Source of the DNA: Octopus sinensis
Lineage: Eukaryota
Assembly: GCF_006345805.1 (NCBI RefSeq)
Contig: NC_043004.1
Location: forward strand, 33,604,001-33,668,000
Length of the DNA stretch: 64,000 nt
Reading direction: 5' to 3'
In this document: positions 60,797 to 64,000 of the stretch, piece by piece
Layout: every line of letters begins with the position of its first letter
How positions within the stretch are numbered: the first letter of the stretch is position 1
Notes under the pieces: generated by a model
Database searches by the model: none
Seen by the model: the letters and a program-made list of their open reading frames with translations, nothing else
What the model was told of the DNA's origin: nothing
Program-made: the position numbers and the translations under genes

Positions 60797-61032
60797 TCTA
60801 TTTCTTTACTACCCACAAGGGGCTAAGCACAGAGGGGACAAACAAGGACAGACAAATGGATTAAGTCGATTACATCGACCCCAGTGCATAACTGGTACTT
60901 ATTTAATCGACCCCGAAAGGATGAAAGGCAAAGTCGGCCTCGACGGAATTTGAACTCAGAATGTAACGGCAGACGAAATACGGCTATGCATTTCGCCCGG
61001 CGTGCTGACATTTCTGCCAGCTTGCCGCCTTT
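60797..61032 (-). mobile_element. SINE family B (left member of an inverted pair)
   Basis: Full-length reverse-complement copy. Confidence 0.9.
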
Positions 61033-61339
61033 TTTCCCACCCCCACACTTCATTATCACATTCTCCTTCCACCCCAAACAATTACTATGGCAACATGATA
61101 CTAGATCAATGAAGAGGGCAGCAACACTTTTACAAGCTTCAAAAAATTCCCAGTCAAATGAGTTCCATAAAGAGAGAAAATCAAGGTTTACAAAATGCCA
61201 TGGTATCACAGTCACCAACACATCCAATGCAGTATATACGTTCAATAAAATAATTAAAGACATTACGTATATTCTACAAGGCAAGCTAAAATGTACAACT
61301 CCCAGTTACACAACAGAAATGTAAATGTTACAGATTTCA

Positions 61340-61570
61340 GCAGTGAGCTAGCAGAAACATTAGCACACCCGGCAAAATGCGTAGCAGTATTTCATCTGCA
61401 GTTATGTTCTGAGTTCAAATTCTGCTGAGGTCGACTTTGCCTTTCATCCTTTCGGGGTTGATTAAATAAGTAACAGTTACGCACTGAGGTCGATATAATC
61501 GACTTAATCCATTTGTCTGTCCTTGTTTGTCCTCTCTCTGTTTAGCCCCTTGTGGGTAGTAAAGAAATGG
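61340..61570 (+). mobile_element. SINE family B (right member of an inverted pair)
   Basis: Full-length plus copy ~310 bp from the minus copy. Confidence 0.9.
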
Positions 61571-62324
61571 GATTTCAGCTACACAGTAGATATGAATGGT
61601 GTTTCTTCAATTCTAGTAAAAGGGAACATCTACTATGAACTAGTGAAGAAACTGCAAATTTTGTTTCAAAGCAACAAATTCATCACGTCCATATGACCAT
61701 TTGACTGAATAGCTTAGACAGAATCTCTAATAAGCTACAGACTCTGGCTGATTGTTCTCTTTGCTTCACTATTATAACAATAGCTTTTGATCTGGACTCA
61801 GAAATAGAATTCCTGGGCTCATCTGATGTACCCCAGGCTCAGCATTATTCTTTGATCACTTGCTCACACCTCAAAATACCAATCAATGTAAAAGTGTGTT
61901 TCGATGCGTCTTTATTGTCTAAACTATCTCTTTAGCTGTCACAAACTTTTCTTTACATTTTTATTCTTAATATTTCTCCAATCTGTAATTGGCCAACATC
62001 TCACATATTTAGGACTTAGTTCCCTTAATATTTAAATATATATATATTGATTTTCATTAAAACATCTTTTTCATGTCTAAAGCTTGAACTACGCAAAATT
62101 TGTAATAATAGTTGAAATATTATCATTAAAGAGGGTTTCACTGATATCTACTCTTTAAGCCTGTGTCTTATATGTTCATCCACATAAGTAGAGTAAGAAA
62201 TTGCTTTCACAGTCAAATCTTCTTGTCAGATACACATAATATATGTACATAGCATGTGTTTGTGTGCACACTTATATTATATAAGTATGTATATACATAT
62301 GTATATATATATATATATGTACAT

Positions 62325-62388
<64 letters not shown>

Positions 62389-63290
62389 CATACACATACA
62401 CATGTATGCATGCATATACATATATATACATATATATATATTTTATATACATATATACATGCATATGTGATATATATATGTGTGCGTTTATCTGTACACA
62501 TGTAAATATGTATGCATGTATGTATCTACCTATATATGTGTATGTATATATATATACACACACACACAAACACACACACATACACGCACTCATATGTACA
62601 TACACATTAAAATTGATTTACAGATTTTATACCAAGATGGAACTGGCATTAAGCAATTATGGTACACACACACGTGTGCATGCACACATGCACACACCCA
62701 CACTCACACCCACGCAGACACACACATACACACACACACATTATCTCTAACTCTATGCATATATGGGCTTATGTGCACGAGTGAGTAGTTTCCTAAATTT
62801 TGCACATCTACCATCCTCCTCCGCCTCTTCTTCCTCCTCCTCCTCCTCTTCTTCCTCTTCTTTCTCCTCCTCCAAAATGTCATCGTCCTCAGCAAAATAC
62901 CACATTTTTCATGTGACCGGGACTTAGCCAGGGCAATAAAACAATAAAACATGTTGATTTAATATTCAGCTCCAGCTCTACTGCAAAATCAGAGTTGCCC
63001 TGTAAGGTCTGAAGCAGCTGCTTCATCATAAAACTCATGACCTGATGAAGCGACCTCTAAAAGTCACATGGTCTGCTGAAAATAGCTGCCAAATGTCCCT
63101 CAAAGCACATGGCATAACAGGAATGTGAAACAATTTTTTGATTTGTGGAGTGGACTGAAACATGAAGCGAATACTGTGGCCTATAAAAAGACAGTTGTTA
63201 TCCAGAGGGAACAGAATAAAGGGTCAATATATATTACAACGACATTAGAATCTGCGTGCCAGGATGTGTGAGGAAAATGCTCATCCACAT

Positions 63291-63338
<48 letters not shown>

Positions 63339-63407
63339 TGTGTGTGTGTGTAAGCCGTGTAAGAGTCAAGAATAATGCACTCGTATATTTGTCAGTAGAG
63401 TCATCAT

Positions 63408-64000
63408 CAATCATCATCATTGTTTAACGTCCGCTTTCCATGCTGGCATGGGTTGGACGGTTTGACTGAGGGCTGGCAAGCCAGAAGGTTGCACCAGGCT
63501 CCAATCTGCTCTGGCAAAGTTTCTACAAGCTAGAGGCCCTTCCTAATGCTAACCACTCTGAGAGTGTAGTGGGTGCTTTTACGTGTCACTGGCACAAAGG
63601 CCAGTCAGGTGGCACTGGCAATGAATGGTACCTTTTATGTGCCACAGGTATGGGTACCAATCAGGTGGTATTATCATCAACCACAACAATGATTTCACTT
63701 GACTCAACAGGTCTTTGCAAGCGCAGTTTATTGCCCAATGATTGGCTGTTTATGCTGCACTGGCATAGGCCATGGTTGTGTCTCACATGGCTTGCTGGGT
63801 CTTCTCAAGCACAGCATATCTCCAAAGGTCTTGGCCACTTGTCATTGCCTCAGTGAGGCCCAACGTTTGAAGGTCATGCTTCACCACCTCATCCCAGGTC
63901 TTCCTGGGTCTACCTCTTCCACAGGTCCCCTCTACTACTAGGGTATGACACTCTTTCACACAGCTATCCTCATTAATATACAACACATGACCATACCGGA
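63408..64000 (-). mobile_element. RTE LINE 3' fragment running off the window end
   Basis: ORF 63783-63986 (VEGTCGRGRPRKTWDEVVKHDLQTLGLTEAM...) plus the RTE 3' UTR and tail. Confidence 0.9.

Overview
Eukaryotic, AT-rich, repeat-dense genomic DNA with no prokaryotic features. The SINE families and the abundant (TA)n, (TG)n and (AAT)n arrays look like a coleoid cephalopod, most likely Octopus; this is recognition from memory, not a database result. I could not identify a host gene, so the window reads as intronic or intergenic. The only long real ORF (32471-34087) is the RT half of a 5'-truncated RTE-clade LINE. It carries a C4HC3 PHD-like finger inside the RT region and a 3' UTR amplified into a nested tandem array. 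Other content: further RTE, CR1 and restriction-like-endonuclease (R4/Dong-type) fragments; at least four tRNA-derived SINE families; a deleted mariner; piggyBac-like and Tigger-like MITEs; a non-autonomous Helitron; and a 284-bp fold-back palindrome. Most of the ORF track is microsatellite artefact. The most interesting observations are a well-formed type I hammerhead ribozyme motif plus decayed relatives, an unclassified ~550-bp element always embedded in (AAT)n arrays, nests of R4/Dong-type elements in (AAT)n arrays, an unidentified decayed plus-strand coding-like region at 9-19 kb, and several candidate exons or microexons. All translations, alignments and folds were done by eye, and many boundaries are approximate.
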